Positions 39,107 through 51,338 of a stretch of 64,000 nucleotides of DNA are shown here, one piece after another. Where the stretch lies: the NCBI GenBank assembly GCA_038496445.1, contig JALMLS010000304.1, positions 62,001-126,000 on the forward strand. The letters are read 5' to 3'. Position numbers and translations under genes: made by a program. The stretch's first letter is position 1, and the number at the start of each line of letters is the position of its first letter. The notes beneath the pieces were generated by a model. The model had not been told where the DNA came from, did not search any database, and saw only the letters and a list, made by a program, of their open reading frames with translations. This DNA is from Trichosphaerium sp. ATCC 40318. Its lineage: Eukaryota; Protista; Tubulinea.

Positions 39107-40112
39107 ACCTCATAAGAAAAAGTAATGGTCGCGTAATAACCACCATGTGTAGTTTGACCACAGAATAAAAACGCAAAGCACAATATCAGCTTGCACAGTA
39201 TTCGTTTTCTATCCTTGTTTTGTTGTAAACAAAGTCAACAACATCACAACTTACATTTGTTTTTTGAAACCTATGCAATTTATCTGAAAAATTTCAGTGA
39301 ACTGTTAAAAATAAGTTAGAGTACACGCCAATGGTTAAACAGTGGCAAGGCGCTCAAAAAAAGTTGTCTCTTTTTTTCACTTCACACGTAGAGCCATCGT
39401 GAAGTCGGCTGAAATTATGATCTTAACATGAAAATTGTTTGCGTCAACACTTCACCTCAGAGTTGTTGATTTCCCCATTACACCCCGTTAAACAAGAGCT
39501 ATGCTTTGTGATCAGTGTACTTCTCGCAGTTATTAGAGAGATCATCATACAACTTAGCGAGCGCAGAGAATGTATTATTTTGACTGTATTGATTCGCTAC
39601 AAAGTCACAACAGCTTTTGTGCTTTATCATACTGCGAGAAGTCATCAATACTCTTATTTTCGCTGTAATAGGGTTTGTACGCAGAAGGGACATAGGACTT
39701 GTAGTTGAAGTAGACAAAAGGTTACCTGGTTTTTGTTGATGGGCTAAGACAAAACCAGCACTGTGCTACCTACTTTTATATCGTCACTGTTGCATCACAT
39801 ATTTTTACAAACAAGATCACAACATACTTTTTATGCTAAGAACTTTACCGTAAACCAAAAAACTTGGAATTTTTCACGAAATACATACCAAAGAGCAAAG
39901 AGAAGTACTCGAAATATCATTGTAGTTTAACTACTAAACGTTCTAGGTATATTCTAACCATATTTTTTCAGCATCACTTTTCTCTATGAGATATTTAGGC
40001 GAAACAGCAATCTAGAAGAATAAATGTGATTTAGTTCACTTCTCAAAATATCACAAAACTCAAAACTATCCAACGTAAACAACACCTCACGAATTCTTCA
40101 ACATAAACCCTG

Positions 40113-40515
40113 ATGAAAACTACTACTCTTATTGTCTTTGTACTTGCGGCTTTAACTTTCGCCTTGGCGGTCCAATCTAATGAGCTCAACGAAAGAGCTA
40201 AAAGAGCAACTGAGGTACACCCCTTTCCTTACCACATAGAATTCTTGTTCACACCATTTCTTTAGCAAGGACCATTGCTCTGTGGCGAAACCTGTGACAC
40301 AAATGGATGGTGTCCTCCTGGATGGCGTAAACGCGGTCGCGAAAAGCGCGGTCAATGTACGTAACAATGACAACAGGTATCCGAATGTTGGTTGTACTTA
40401 CTTTTCGTTTTTTCAAGGTTCAACTGCATACTGCTACCCAGGATCTCCATTATGTTTCCGTATCAGAAGTGATAAATGGTGTTGCTGGAGTGAAGCAGCA
40501 TGTGGAGGTTGCTAA
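40113..40515 (+). CDS. 96-aa secreted cysteine-rich prepropeptide (3 exons)
   Basis: Exons 40113-40214, 40266-40356 and 40418-40515 splice to MKTTTLIVFVLAALTFALAVQSNELNERAKRATEQGPLLCGETCDTNGWCPPGWRKRGREKRGQCSTAYCYPGSPLCFRIRSDKWCCWSEAACGGC*. AATAAA follows downstream. Confidence 0.85.
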
Positions 40516-42509
40516 GAGCCTCCCAAATCAGTGCTTGTCACCCTTTTATAATAAAAAAAGTTACTGAATAAATACTTTGTTTGTTCATCTCCTGTTGCTT
40601 GATAAGAGTCTACAAGTTATCGTATCAATAAGAAAAAACTCGAAAATAACAACCAATAGTTTATCTGAATTCGGTTACGCGAACACTGTTAAGCCATTGT
40701 TTTGATGCTCTGTTCCATTCCAGCATGCATCATGCTGTTAATGCGTTGCTTTTTTGTCTACTATGCTTCTACACCGTCCACATCGGAAGAGAGTTTCGTA
40801 CAACACTGCCAGAAAATAAACCACTATTATTCACTAACCTCAGAGTGTGGAGTGTATGTAGCTCAGTTTGGAAACGATTCGATTGTAACTGTTTTAAAAA
40901 ACAAATCTCGATTGGCACGTGTTTAACATTAAAATGCTTAAAATAGGCGGATGGATCAAAAAAAAAGCCTTTCGGAAGTATCGAAAGACCCACACTCAAC
41001 GAAACATCTGAAACTCACGTAGTGTGCGTAGCTGAAACGTTAAAGGGCACACGAAAGATGAGAATACGTGTAAGAGAGACGTGGCCTTAGTTGTAGGATA
41101 GTAGCGTAATTTATTAGCGACATACGTAATACATTCAGAGAATACATTTGTGTATTTCGTCAAAATTCACAATGAATGGAAAGAATGCATACTGAACATG
41201 GTGACGTTGCACGTTACAGTAGCAGGTACTTATACACGTTTTTGTGGCTTTTTACTACCCGACAGCTTGTTTCTTCATATTCACGTAAAACAATAGGAAA
41301 CAAATAGCAATTTAATGTTTCACCCACAAAGTTCATTGGTTCATAGGTATAAATTTTGGCCGTGATAATCTTCTCTAACATGTCAAATACTAAGGTGTCG
41401 AGTCTCAACTAGAACTGTTCGATGTCTTTCGGCTCAACCAGAGCAATGTGGTCTACTCGATATTTAGAAACTAGTGTCCTGTTGAAAAATGCTACAACAG
41501 CACAGTTATTCTTACCATAAATATCATCCACTCGTAGACTTTAGGAATCCACAAGAGCATTTTGAGAAATTGGTCCCAAAAGGCACTTGCTGTGGACATC
41601 AACTAGTTGATGTTCTACTAAATTGCAAGCCATTTGGATTTGGAAGGACATCAGAAGGTGGACTTTGTGGTCGTACAGATTGTCCAGCAAGTGTAGTACA
41701 TGTTGTCCTCAAATTGTTTTTCGTAGGTACTGAAGGAGGTGTTGTGGATAACGTGGAATGTAAACTTTGTTGTTACATGAATACTCGGAACCGTATGTGC
41801 TTTTGCTCGCCTGGTGTTACCAAACATTTTAATTCTGTAACCGATTACTGATATTATTAATGAAGGCAGTAAATCTTGTTTTCGCAATATTCTAAATAAA
41901 ACTTACAAACAGAGAAGTCCCATCGAGTATTATTCATTTGTCTGTCTTGGGACCAATCGTTACAACTTTAGTTGTAAGGTCAGTTTTATTACCATTGCAG
42001 TTTGTATGTTAGCACTACTATTAGATGTGTGCTTCATTACACAAAATACCAATCATGTTAAAGCGCTTTCAATCCTTCGCTAGTACCAAGAACCTCATTT
42101 AACACTTTTTGTTTTGGAAAAGTTGGTAAGGTGCGCAAATATTCGAACATAAATGGAAATTTGTTCTCCAAACTCCAGCCAACTTCTGTTATTTTGTACA
42201 TGTCTAAGCCTGATGTATATCACAAGGTAGTCGCTTGTATAAACGTGCCAACGCTCTAATACAGTAGTCGATAAAAGACACTGATTGAATGGCTTGTTTC
42301 ATGAACATAATCTTGTACATTCAAGAACCCAATGGGTACATACAATTTCGTTGAACAAGTTAATATTTGAGGAGAACCTACACTCCTACGAAGCAAGCTT
42401 TTATACTCTTACAACTTGTCAAAGAGGTGGGGAATCTAAGTCTGACTTAATGCATAAAACCCACTAAGTCTGTTAGTCTTATTTTCGCTATTTCTCAACA
42501 TAATATACA

Positions 42510-42815
42510 ATGCGCCTCGAATTTTTAATACCAGGCGTAATACTATTCGCAATTATGGCCTGTTTGCACTTCAGTTTCTTCCTTTACAAAACAGTTTGTA
42601 GAGCTTCTACAGGGTACCAGGGCATCGATGAGAATACTGGGAGAGATATACCAATAAGCCATTGCGAGTTGCACTTTTTTATGGGCATGGTTTGGGAATG
42701 TCTTATTAAAGACGGCTATACTACTTTTTCTAGCCTTTTAATATGGCTTGGTGTCGTTCTTGTTTTAGATGCAATAGTTGGTGGAATTTTTGTAATCCTA
42801 GCGTTCACTTTGTAA
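42510..42815 (+). CDS. Small intronless two-TM protein of unknown function
   Basis: 101-aa ATG ORF with hydrophobic N- and C-terminal segments and a Cys-containing loop. AATAAA immediately after the stop. Confidence 0.55.
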   Translation: MRLEFLIPGVILFAIMACLHFSFFLYKTVCRASTGYQGIDENTGRDIPISHCELHFFMGMVWECLIKDGYTTFSSLLIWLGVVLVLDAIVGGIFVILAFTL

Positions 42816-43430
42816 ATAATAATAAACATGTACGCTACAGTTATGTTTTAATGTTATTTTGGGAATATTTCCAATTTCAAATGCACAAGCACCTAACTCA
42901 TACAGTTGAAAGTTAGTATCTAAACCTACCAGGCAGCATCACTTTTATGACAGTTTCGAGAATTTAAAGGCGATTTCGAGAATCTTTAAGACGTTTTTAC
43001 TCACCTCAGAACCATCTTACACTTCAATCGTTACTTTTAACATGTAGCTATGATGCAATACTTATAGATGGCCAAAGTTATTTGCATTTCGTTTGTGATG
43101 TATCGAGGAAAAGTACCGACAGTCAAAGCAATTTTTTTCCAACCGTCCAAACAATTACTGAATTTCTGAAACTGTTTCAAAAGCGATGCTGCCCTCCTAC
43201 TTGTTGAACTAAGACGCCAAAACAATAAAGACTATACTAGCTCATTGTAAGCTACTCGGCGAACTCTTCAATGAGATGATTACCACATGGAATATCTGAA
43301 AAACGTGATTCGAATTCGTTCGTGTATAAGTAAAGCACCGTCAGTTAAGCGGTAATTAAAGCTACACGGTACTGATTTTCGAGTTTTTACGCTTTTCCAC
43401 TCGCGTAGCCCTCGTTCAACAGATTAAATT

Positions 43431-45993
43431 ATGCGTTCTAATTCAAAAAACGCATTGTTATCATTGATATACTTTTCGGCCTTTGTTTATGTAGCTTATA
43501 CACAAATAACACGTGCGTATCGAAAAAACAAAATTTGTGATAGAAACTTTGTTTTCTAACTTGTTTGCTTTACAGTAAATACAAGTGATGGTCACGCGTG
43601 TGGTGTTATCATTTCGTGTTATACCGAAGAAACAGAAGCTAGTATTGTCGAATTAGCGAACCCATCAATACTGTTTACAGATCCAATGAAATCTAGATGG
43701 CTGGATATAAAGCGAAATGTAACAGTTAGAGCAGGTTGGTCATTCAATTCATCGAGTTATGGTAACCCTTTTATTAGTCACCCCAGGCGTAGTGGTATCG
43801 TGTAATGACATAGCGATCATTTCAGGATCCAAATACACCCTAACACTCGAAGGATTCACACTTAGCGGGTGTTCTCCTCTTGTTTTAGAACTCGAAGAAT
43901 TAGTACTTTTGTATGAGACCTAGTTTTTAATTATGAGTGTTAATATTCTTTTGTAGCGATGTTACCTTTCTAAATGCAAAATCTACGTTTGAGGTAAACA
44001 AAGCGTGCGTGCGAGACAAAAAAGTTTGGTTGATTTTTCCCAAAATGTTGAATTATCTTCAGCTACAGTTTTGGAAGGTCAGGTGGCCCACAAAGATCAG
44101 AACTTTAGTTTAGGCGGCTGGTTTTGGGTTTTAATTCTATATTTTTCGCAACTCCGCACGTGCATCGATAAATGTGTCACTCAAAAAAAGAACAAACCTT
44201 TGCGACTCGAAATATAATGGCGAATAATAATAATTAAAATTAGGAAACAAGTAGTTATACGTAACTCTGCCTTCATCAATAATAATGTCGAAATTCTTAT
44301 TGATTTATCTCATGTCAATATTTTCAATGTGATAGGAAGTCGATTCATAGGCAATGTGGCCCAAAAAGGTATCGGATCAACTTTTCCACTTTTAACAATC
44401 AAATATTGTTTTCTGATTCTTTTCCGATCTAGCTGGTTCAGCTTTCTTTATTCATGCCAATACCTTCACACTTGTATGTGAATACGCGTACCAGTAATAT
44501 AACTGATAAAATGTATAGGTTAAGGACTGTTTGTTTGAATCTAATGTTGCAAGAGGCGGTACAACTTTCTACTAAATAGAACTTCTGCTTACTTTTTGAA
44601 TACTGCTTCTATCTAAAGCGATTAATAAGTTAATACGTTATAGGACGAGGAGGAGCACTAGTATTTGACAACGCAGTAGAAGTGCTTATTTCTCAATCTA
44701 CATTTGTGAACAACAAAATTATAGATTCTAATAGTACATCTGAATGTTTTGGTAAAGTCTCGTTACAAGGAATGCAATTTATTAAAACATGTTAGGAGCG
44801 GCCATTTATTTGGACACACAAAACGCAACGATTGAATCATGTGTTTTTGACAGCAATAACTGGTAAACACTTGATCTTTTTGTACATGTTAACTCAATAT
44901 CTCATTAGCACTTTTAACGCCAATGGAGGATCCATTAAAATTGATCCATTCTTCCATAATGGCGCAAAGCAAGCGTTCTTTCCTTCCAATTTATATCTTA
45001 AGTACGTATGCTCTTTTCCATTTATACCTAATGTCAATGACAGCAACACTGTTTTTTATGGAAGCGAAGGTTAGATACTTTAAAATAATAGAAACTCTTC
45101 TCACGTGATTGTAGCAACTAATGGATCCGAAGTCGATTGTACAGTAGGATTCGTTGGAAAGTTAGAAGCTAATAATGTGACAATTGGCTCTGGGGTAAAA
45201 GAATTCTTAAGCGGAAGGGCTTGTGACCCACGTACTAGTTTTTTTAATTTGGGTTGCCGAAAACTAACTTTAGTAGTTGTTTGCTCAAACACTGACTGCT
45301 TGGATTGTCAATCAGCAAACTGTGTTCTCTCTGTAGACGTAATTAATCCTGTAGAGGTTATAATAAGTGAATCAGTTGTTATACAGGGTAGTTATACGAA
45401 TTTAAAACAACTCACTGTAGTACTATCAAATGACTTGCAAACAACTTTATTTATACAAGGTTAGTTAGACACAAATGTTGCCTTCTTAATTATATTTTAG
45501 ACTGTTTGGTGACCAAAGAGGATAGTTCTTATATTGTAGATGCTTCAATGATTACAAAGGCCAATAATTATACCATACTTGCAGTAGAACAAGGTTGCTT
45601 TATAGGAAATGCCACAAAACAAGTTGAAATAAGCAAGCCTGATTGCCTCTCTGCTGAGTTACAAAAAACACCTACTAAGTTAGCATTGAAAGAGTTGATT
45701 ACAATAACATTAATAAGTTTAGGTTTCATGTACTATTCTCACTTCGTCATGAATGTGATGTCGGTGCCAGTGGCTCCAAGATTGGTGCCAGTAGCTCCAA
45801 CATTGGTGTTATCATTGGTATTACTTTAGGTGTTTTGTTGATAGTAAGCTTGTTTTCTCTTTTTTTTTCTTTTTTTCTACTTTCAAATCTAATGGCGTAC
45901 TAGGTTGTTGTCATTCTTGTTCTTATTGTTGTACTGGTTCCATCAGTAAATCACGCTGTTTTACCATGGAGATTTCAAAGAAGAAGTAATTGA
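43431..45993 (+). CDS. Type I membrane adhesin-like protein with beta-helix (GGA/FxxN, polymorphic membrane protein-like) repeats
   Basis: Signal peptide, FIGNVAQK, FESNVARG/GRGGALVFDNA..STFVNN, GAAIYL..CVFDSN, ANGGSI. C-terminal TM VVVILVLIVVLVPSV and short basic tail. Confidence 0.65.
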
Positions 45994-46329
45994 TAGCCGA
46001 GAATAGATGATACAACCACTCTATTGTAATTATCAAGGTCAGCTGCTGCCAATCGTTGTAAGCAACAAGATATTTTATGAACTTGATAACCCAGTTGTCT
46101 CCCTTTGTGGCGAACAGTTCAATATCACTTCGACATTTGTTCGACTTTTGTTTCGACATTTTACTTAGATAACCCCCGAACTTTGCACTTCTTGTATTGT
46201 AAAACCGCATTCAAGCTGAAATTAGGTGAATTTAAGGTATGATTTGTTAAGTTATTTGCCAACAGGACAAATTTAGTGCATCAAGTGCCACGTTGGACTA
46301 TATATCTTCGGCAAGTACTTGCTAAAACC

Positions 46330-47770
46330 ATGCATAACAGGATATCGACGGGTTTGTAGAATCATTACGAGTAACGACTTTATTAATATTTCGGGTAGCT
46401 AAAACAAACCCTGATGCACCTCAAATACCAGGTAGTGGTACTTTTTGGTTTCAATGCTGGTTTTGGCTAAATATAACGCTTACATTGATGAATAAGGTAC
46501 GCAATCGACGTATTATACACCAAAAAATAGATAGCAGTGCAGAGAGAACGTTTTATGTTTATTTGTTCGTAGGCATTCTTTCGAGGCGTATTTCCATATC
46601 CAATCGCCGTTAGCACCATACATATGGGCGTTACAGCACTATTGACGTGGGCAGCGACCAAAATCTATAAATTTCCAACAAAACAAGTTTCTTTCAAGAC
46701 AGAGGCGAAAATCTTTTGTTTCTCGCTTCTATTTTGTCTTAACATTATGTTGGGCAACCTAGCTATTCACTACCTATCTGTGAGCCTAGTACAAGTGCTA
46801 CGCTCTGTTATACCAGGTACATAAGCATAAACCGTCAAAACAAACCGAAGAAAAACTTTCGACGTCATTGTTGCGTAACTAAGAATAACTACACGCTAAC
46901 CGCATTGTAACAATAGGTTTTGCATTAGTTCTAACGTATTTATTCATTGGGAGAAGATATTCAACATCATATGTAGTAGCAGTAGTCGTTGTAGTTGCTG
47001 GCGTTGCTGTTGCATCGTATGGTGAAGATGAAAAGGAATTTAATGTGGTTAGTTTCGCAGTTCGCTCATTTTCTTTAAAAACTGGATTTCTGAAAAAAAA
47101 TAGGTTGGATTCTCTCTCACGATGTTTGTGTGTTTTCTATCCGCGTCAAAGTCGGTAGTAGCACAGTTGTTCCTGAAGCAATACCATTTTCACTCAATGG
47201 ACCTTCTATTTCGCATGACAGTACGTTTTACGCTCTTTTGATGTCAAATAACGATGTTAGCGTCTTGCATTTATGCAGATGATAATCTACGGTGCCATAA
47301 TGGGAGAGCACTCTGTACGTTGTTTTTCACCATGATCATGTGCTCTCTCTGACGTATCTTAGTCTATTATTAACATGATATATGAGTATTTTGGCACAAC
47401 GTCTTCTCCTCAAAGTCTTGTAGATTTACTCAAAGACTCTTCATTAATACTTTTATTACTTTTCAATGGTGTACTGGCTTTCTGTTTGAACTTTAGGTAC
47501 TTTTTTTTTCAGCTGCAAAGAATTCTGACATTTTGTAGTAATTTCATGACTACAAAAAAGACTTCTGCTCTTGCTGTGACTATTGGTGGTAATGTTAAGC
47601 ATGTAGCAACTATTGTATTATCTGTAATTCTATTCCGTAATCCAATTACAACATTGAACGGACTTGGTACTTTAGTTACTGTATCAGGTGCTGCATGGTA
47701 TAGTTGGATTGACTACTCGGAAAAACACCAAAAGCCTGTGATTGTTAATGAAAATAATGGTGCACATTAA
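46330..47770 (+). CDS. Triose-phosphate/nucleotide-sugar transporter family (DMT superfamily, SLC35E-like)
   Basis: WFWLNITLTLMNK, FPYPIAVSTIHM, NIMLGNLAIHYLSVSLVQVLRSVIP, NGVLAFCLNF..TSALAVTIGGNVKHVATIVLSVILFRNPIT. Confidence 0.88.
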
Positions 47771-48119
47771 ACAATTAATTGTCCAGTTGTATCTTAATTG
47801 ATAAATACGTAATATTGTAACGAAGTTTTCAACCATGCATGGCCGACACAATACTCCGAGCCATCCGTTACCGGTATTGAACCCATGATGTAATTTGAGC
47901 GCTTTCAGGAACTTTAGCCTGAGCAAATTTTCTTCTCTTGGCTCCATTTGATTAGACTTCGGTTACAAAGTGTTAACGAATTTGGAAGTCCCTTCCTTCA
48001 ATGCTTCGTGTGGTGTCTATCTAGTGTGTTTGGTTTGTACTGTAGAGGTTCACTTAATGAAAAAAGTTGCTGTGGTCGTTCTTATTCCTTTCTTTCTCTG
48101 TTTTGTCTGTCAAGTTGCA

Positions 48120-49418
48120 ATGGTACGATTTATTACTAATTTATTCGATAATAATTGATTTTAGAGCCATCGTGAGTTATTATCGCCAGAAGGTACAAAT
48201 ACAGTCTCTATTGTTGTGTTAATTATGTAGGACTTCGCTGTGATGGGCGTAGACCGCATGAATTAAGAAAAATACGCTGTAAACTTGGTTTACTTCAAAA
48301 GTACGTCTAGTCGCACTCGTTCATTATTTTTAACGCTGTGTAGCGTTGATGGTTCGGCCTATTATGAACAAGGTAACATTGGCTACAAATTCGAAATTCC
48401 TATTGGTTTACGCATAATTAGGTAACACAAAGGCTCTTGTAGCTATTCACGGACCCAGAGAGGTAAAACGAGCTTTTTTATTTACAATTGTTCTAATTTA
48501 CGTCTGAAGGTGCACAGAGGAAAAGGCAAGCGAGAAGGTGTCATCATAAATTGTGTCTATAAAATGGCACCCTTCAGTACAGGCATGTCTTTGTAATCGT
48601 CTAAAAACCTACTAAACGCAATCACAGGCGAACGACGACGCACAACAGGCAAACTAGATCGGTAATTGTTACCCTCTAAGAAACTTAATACTCATTCTTT
48701 TCTTTTTTTCGTAGACGCGAGACAGAGATTTCTCTTGTTATTAAAAGAACTTTTGAAACAGCTATCCTTACAGAGCTTGCACCTTACTCACAACTTGACA
48801 TAAATATACAGATTCTACAAGCTGATGGTGGTACACGCTGTGCTGCTATTAATGCTACAACACTAGCACTTATAGATGCTGGTATTCCGATTAAAGATTT
48901 TGTGGTACGTTTCATAGTGAGACTGTATTGATGATACCAAAAATTGTGTGTCGGGTTCATAATGTTAACGAGTTGTACAACAAGTAGTGCTTGTTGTAGT
49001 AGCAAGTTAGGGTTTTTTAAGTTGAACAGTGACATTTCTTTTTTGAGATGTTTTTTTTTGTTTCGAAATTTATTCTAACTTTTTGAAAGGTCTCTTGTGC
49101 TGCTGGTTACATTGATGGAACACCTATTCTAGGTACTTACTACCTTATACTTTTAACATTAAGGACGAGAACTCATTATTTAATTTATTAGATTTGAACT
49201 ACTTGGAAGACGCGTCAAATAGCCCTGATTTACCTGTTGCTTTAATGCCTAAAACCAACAAAATTTCAATGATTCAAATGGACTCTCGCCTACATATTGA
49301 CACTTTCGAACAAGTACTTACTCTTGCTTGTGAAGGGTGTAGTAAAATATATAAAATAATGAGTACAGCAGTATCTGCACACACAAAGGCATTGTACACC
49401 AAAAGAGGTGTCAAATAA
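48120..49418 (+). CDS. RRP41: Exosome complex component RRP41 (RNase PH-like)
   Basis: ELLSPEGLRCDGRRPHELR, DGSAYYEQGNTK, HGPRE, APFSTGERR, SQLDINIQILQADGGTRCAAINATTLALIDAGIP, DLNYLED. The first coding exon appears to be the ATG alone (48120-48122). Confidence 0.95.
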
Positions 49419-49609
49419 AAATGTCTAATCAAATCAAACTGATTTTGAACTGTTATTGTGCGGATTAATCTTGTATCAACAAGCAAGTACTGCAACATTT
49501 GGCATTTGAAGAAAAAAAAACAAAACCTCCTGGGTTTTTATTTGATAGCGCAAGATTATTATTATTAGAGTTGTTTATGAATAATGGTATTATGTTTTGG
49601 GTTTTTTTT

Positions 49610-51245
49610 TACAAGGCCTCATGAGCATCAAATGTACGTGCTTTTGGAGGTCGCATACTATGTAGCTTAAATGTCTTTTTGGAACGTGGAGATGATACAG
49701 GCTTTTGTCGTTTGTTTGCCTAAAGAAAATATTACAAACTTGGAAAAAAAAAGGCTTCGGCAGCTGTTTGTGTTGTTACTACACGTGACAAATAATAAGA
49801 ACAAAAAAAAAAGAGCTTGTTTGCTGAAGTTTTCTGCGATAGTCATTTTTATTTAACGTACTGGTAATGGCGATGGTACCTTTTTAGGTGGTTCTGGATG
49901 CTTCCTAAAGATAGTTTAACGAAACAAAACCAAAAATACAAAGCACGAGAAAAATAAAAAAAGCAAGAAAAAAAAATTTGCTTCGTGTCCATGTGAGTAC
50001 TCTTCTTTTTCTTCTTTCTTTTTATGTTCTTCAACAACTACTTCTTCTTCTTCTTTTTGTTCTTCTAATGATACTTGTTTTTCTTCTTGTTGTTGGATAT
50101 AATCGTCATTTACTTCTAACCATTGTTTGTTATTTGTTTCGTTATCTTTAATATCTACTGTAGGTTTCTCATCTAATTTATTTATATCTAGCTTTGATAG
50201 ATTCATATTAAGTTGGTTTACTTTCTGAACATCTAATTTGTTAATATCCATATCAATTTCTTCATCAGAAGACTCGCTATCAGATTCATTATTTCGACTT
50301 AAATTTCTGTGAACAACACGTTGTTGGTTTGTTGCTCTTTGTTGTTGCATAACTGGATTTGGTCTGACTTGGTGTTGTAGTGGTTTTTGAGGTCGTAATG
50401 GACCATTGTGACGAACAGTGTTGCCTGCAGGATAGAATAAGAAGATAAAAACTAGTAACGACTTTTTTTTTTTGCAAACCAAAAAACAAAAAATCAAAAG
50501 TTTTTTGTTTTACACGCACCTGGATATCTATTCTGTTGATATTGTTGTTGATAATTATTAGGATACCTTGGTTGGTTACCATAAACTATATTTTGTCTAT
50601 TTGTGCCCATTGATGGGTCTGAAATAAAACGTTAATCCAACAGCTATTAAAGAAACTTGAAAAAAAAAGAAAACCGCCAACCGCCGCGAAACGTACTTTG
50701 TTGTGGATGATATTGTGGTACACGTTGCGCTTGATGAGGTACATCAAATTGCAGCGGTGTTGGCCCAAGATAGTTCGCTTGTTGTGGTTGTGTTGTTTTT
50801 GTAGTTGATTGTGCTTGTTGTGGTATTTGAGTCTGTTGTTGCGGCTACAAACATTGTGAGCGTTCGTGAAATTTTGCGTGACATCTCATGTTTTGTACCC
50901 TCATTGTAGATGTCATAACAGGGTTTGTAGGCGTCATAGCACCTATAGGACGTATAGGCCCCGCTGTCGGTACGTATAGTAGATGTCCGTTGGGATTGCG
51001 TTTAAAGTGATGAATGACCACCGTTTGATTGCCAAACATGTCTTCGTATGTATCTCTCCGTTTAACTGCTCAATTATTACGTACAAAACTCTGTAAAATA
51101 AACAAACAGATATTCTTACCTTCATTATTTGGATAATGCAGATACTCTGACCGAACTAAAGGTGAATTACGATAGATTGTAGTTAGTTAGACTGCGTACG
51201 AGGAGGACCCTTCGGAATACCATTGCTACTCAACTCTTGGCCCAT
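49610..51245 (-). CDS. Low-complexity Gln/Pro/Glu-rich protein with possible N-myristoylation motif
   Basis: MGQELSS start at 51245. Q/P-rich exons (about 50697-50844, 50000-50425) and an acidic tract, bounded by GT-AG introns. No domain recognised. Confidence 0.55.
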
Positions 51246-51338
51246 TTGAGCGACTGTAAAAAAAAAATAGACATACTTTTCGTAACTTAACGCAGAATTT
51301 GGTAAGGCGGCTGAAAAATATAAATTGCCTAATCAAAA
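51246..51338. promoter_or_regulatory. Probable compact bidirectional promoter
   Basis: Only 93 bp separate the divergent ATGs at 51245 (-) and 51339 (+). A similar gap of about 150 bp lies at 13551-13700. Confidence 0.45.

Noticed and set aside
39499-39717. 72-aa minus-strand ORF
   Set aside because: No recognisable motif or supporting exon structure.
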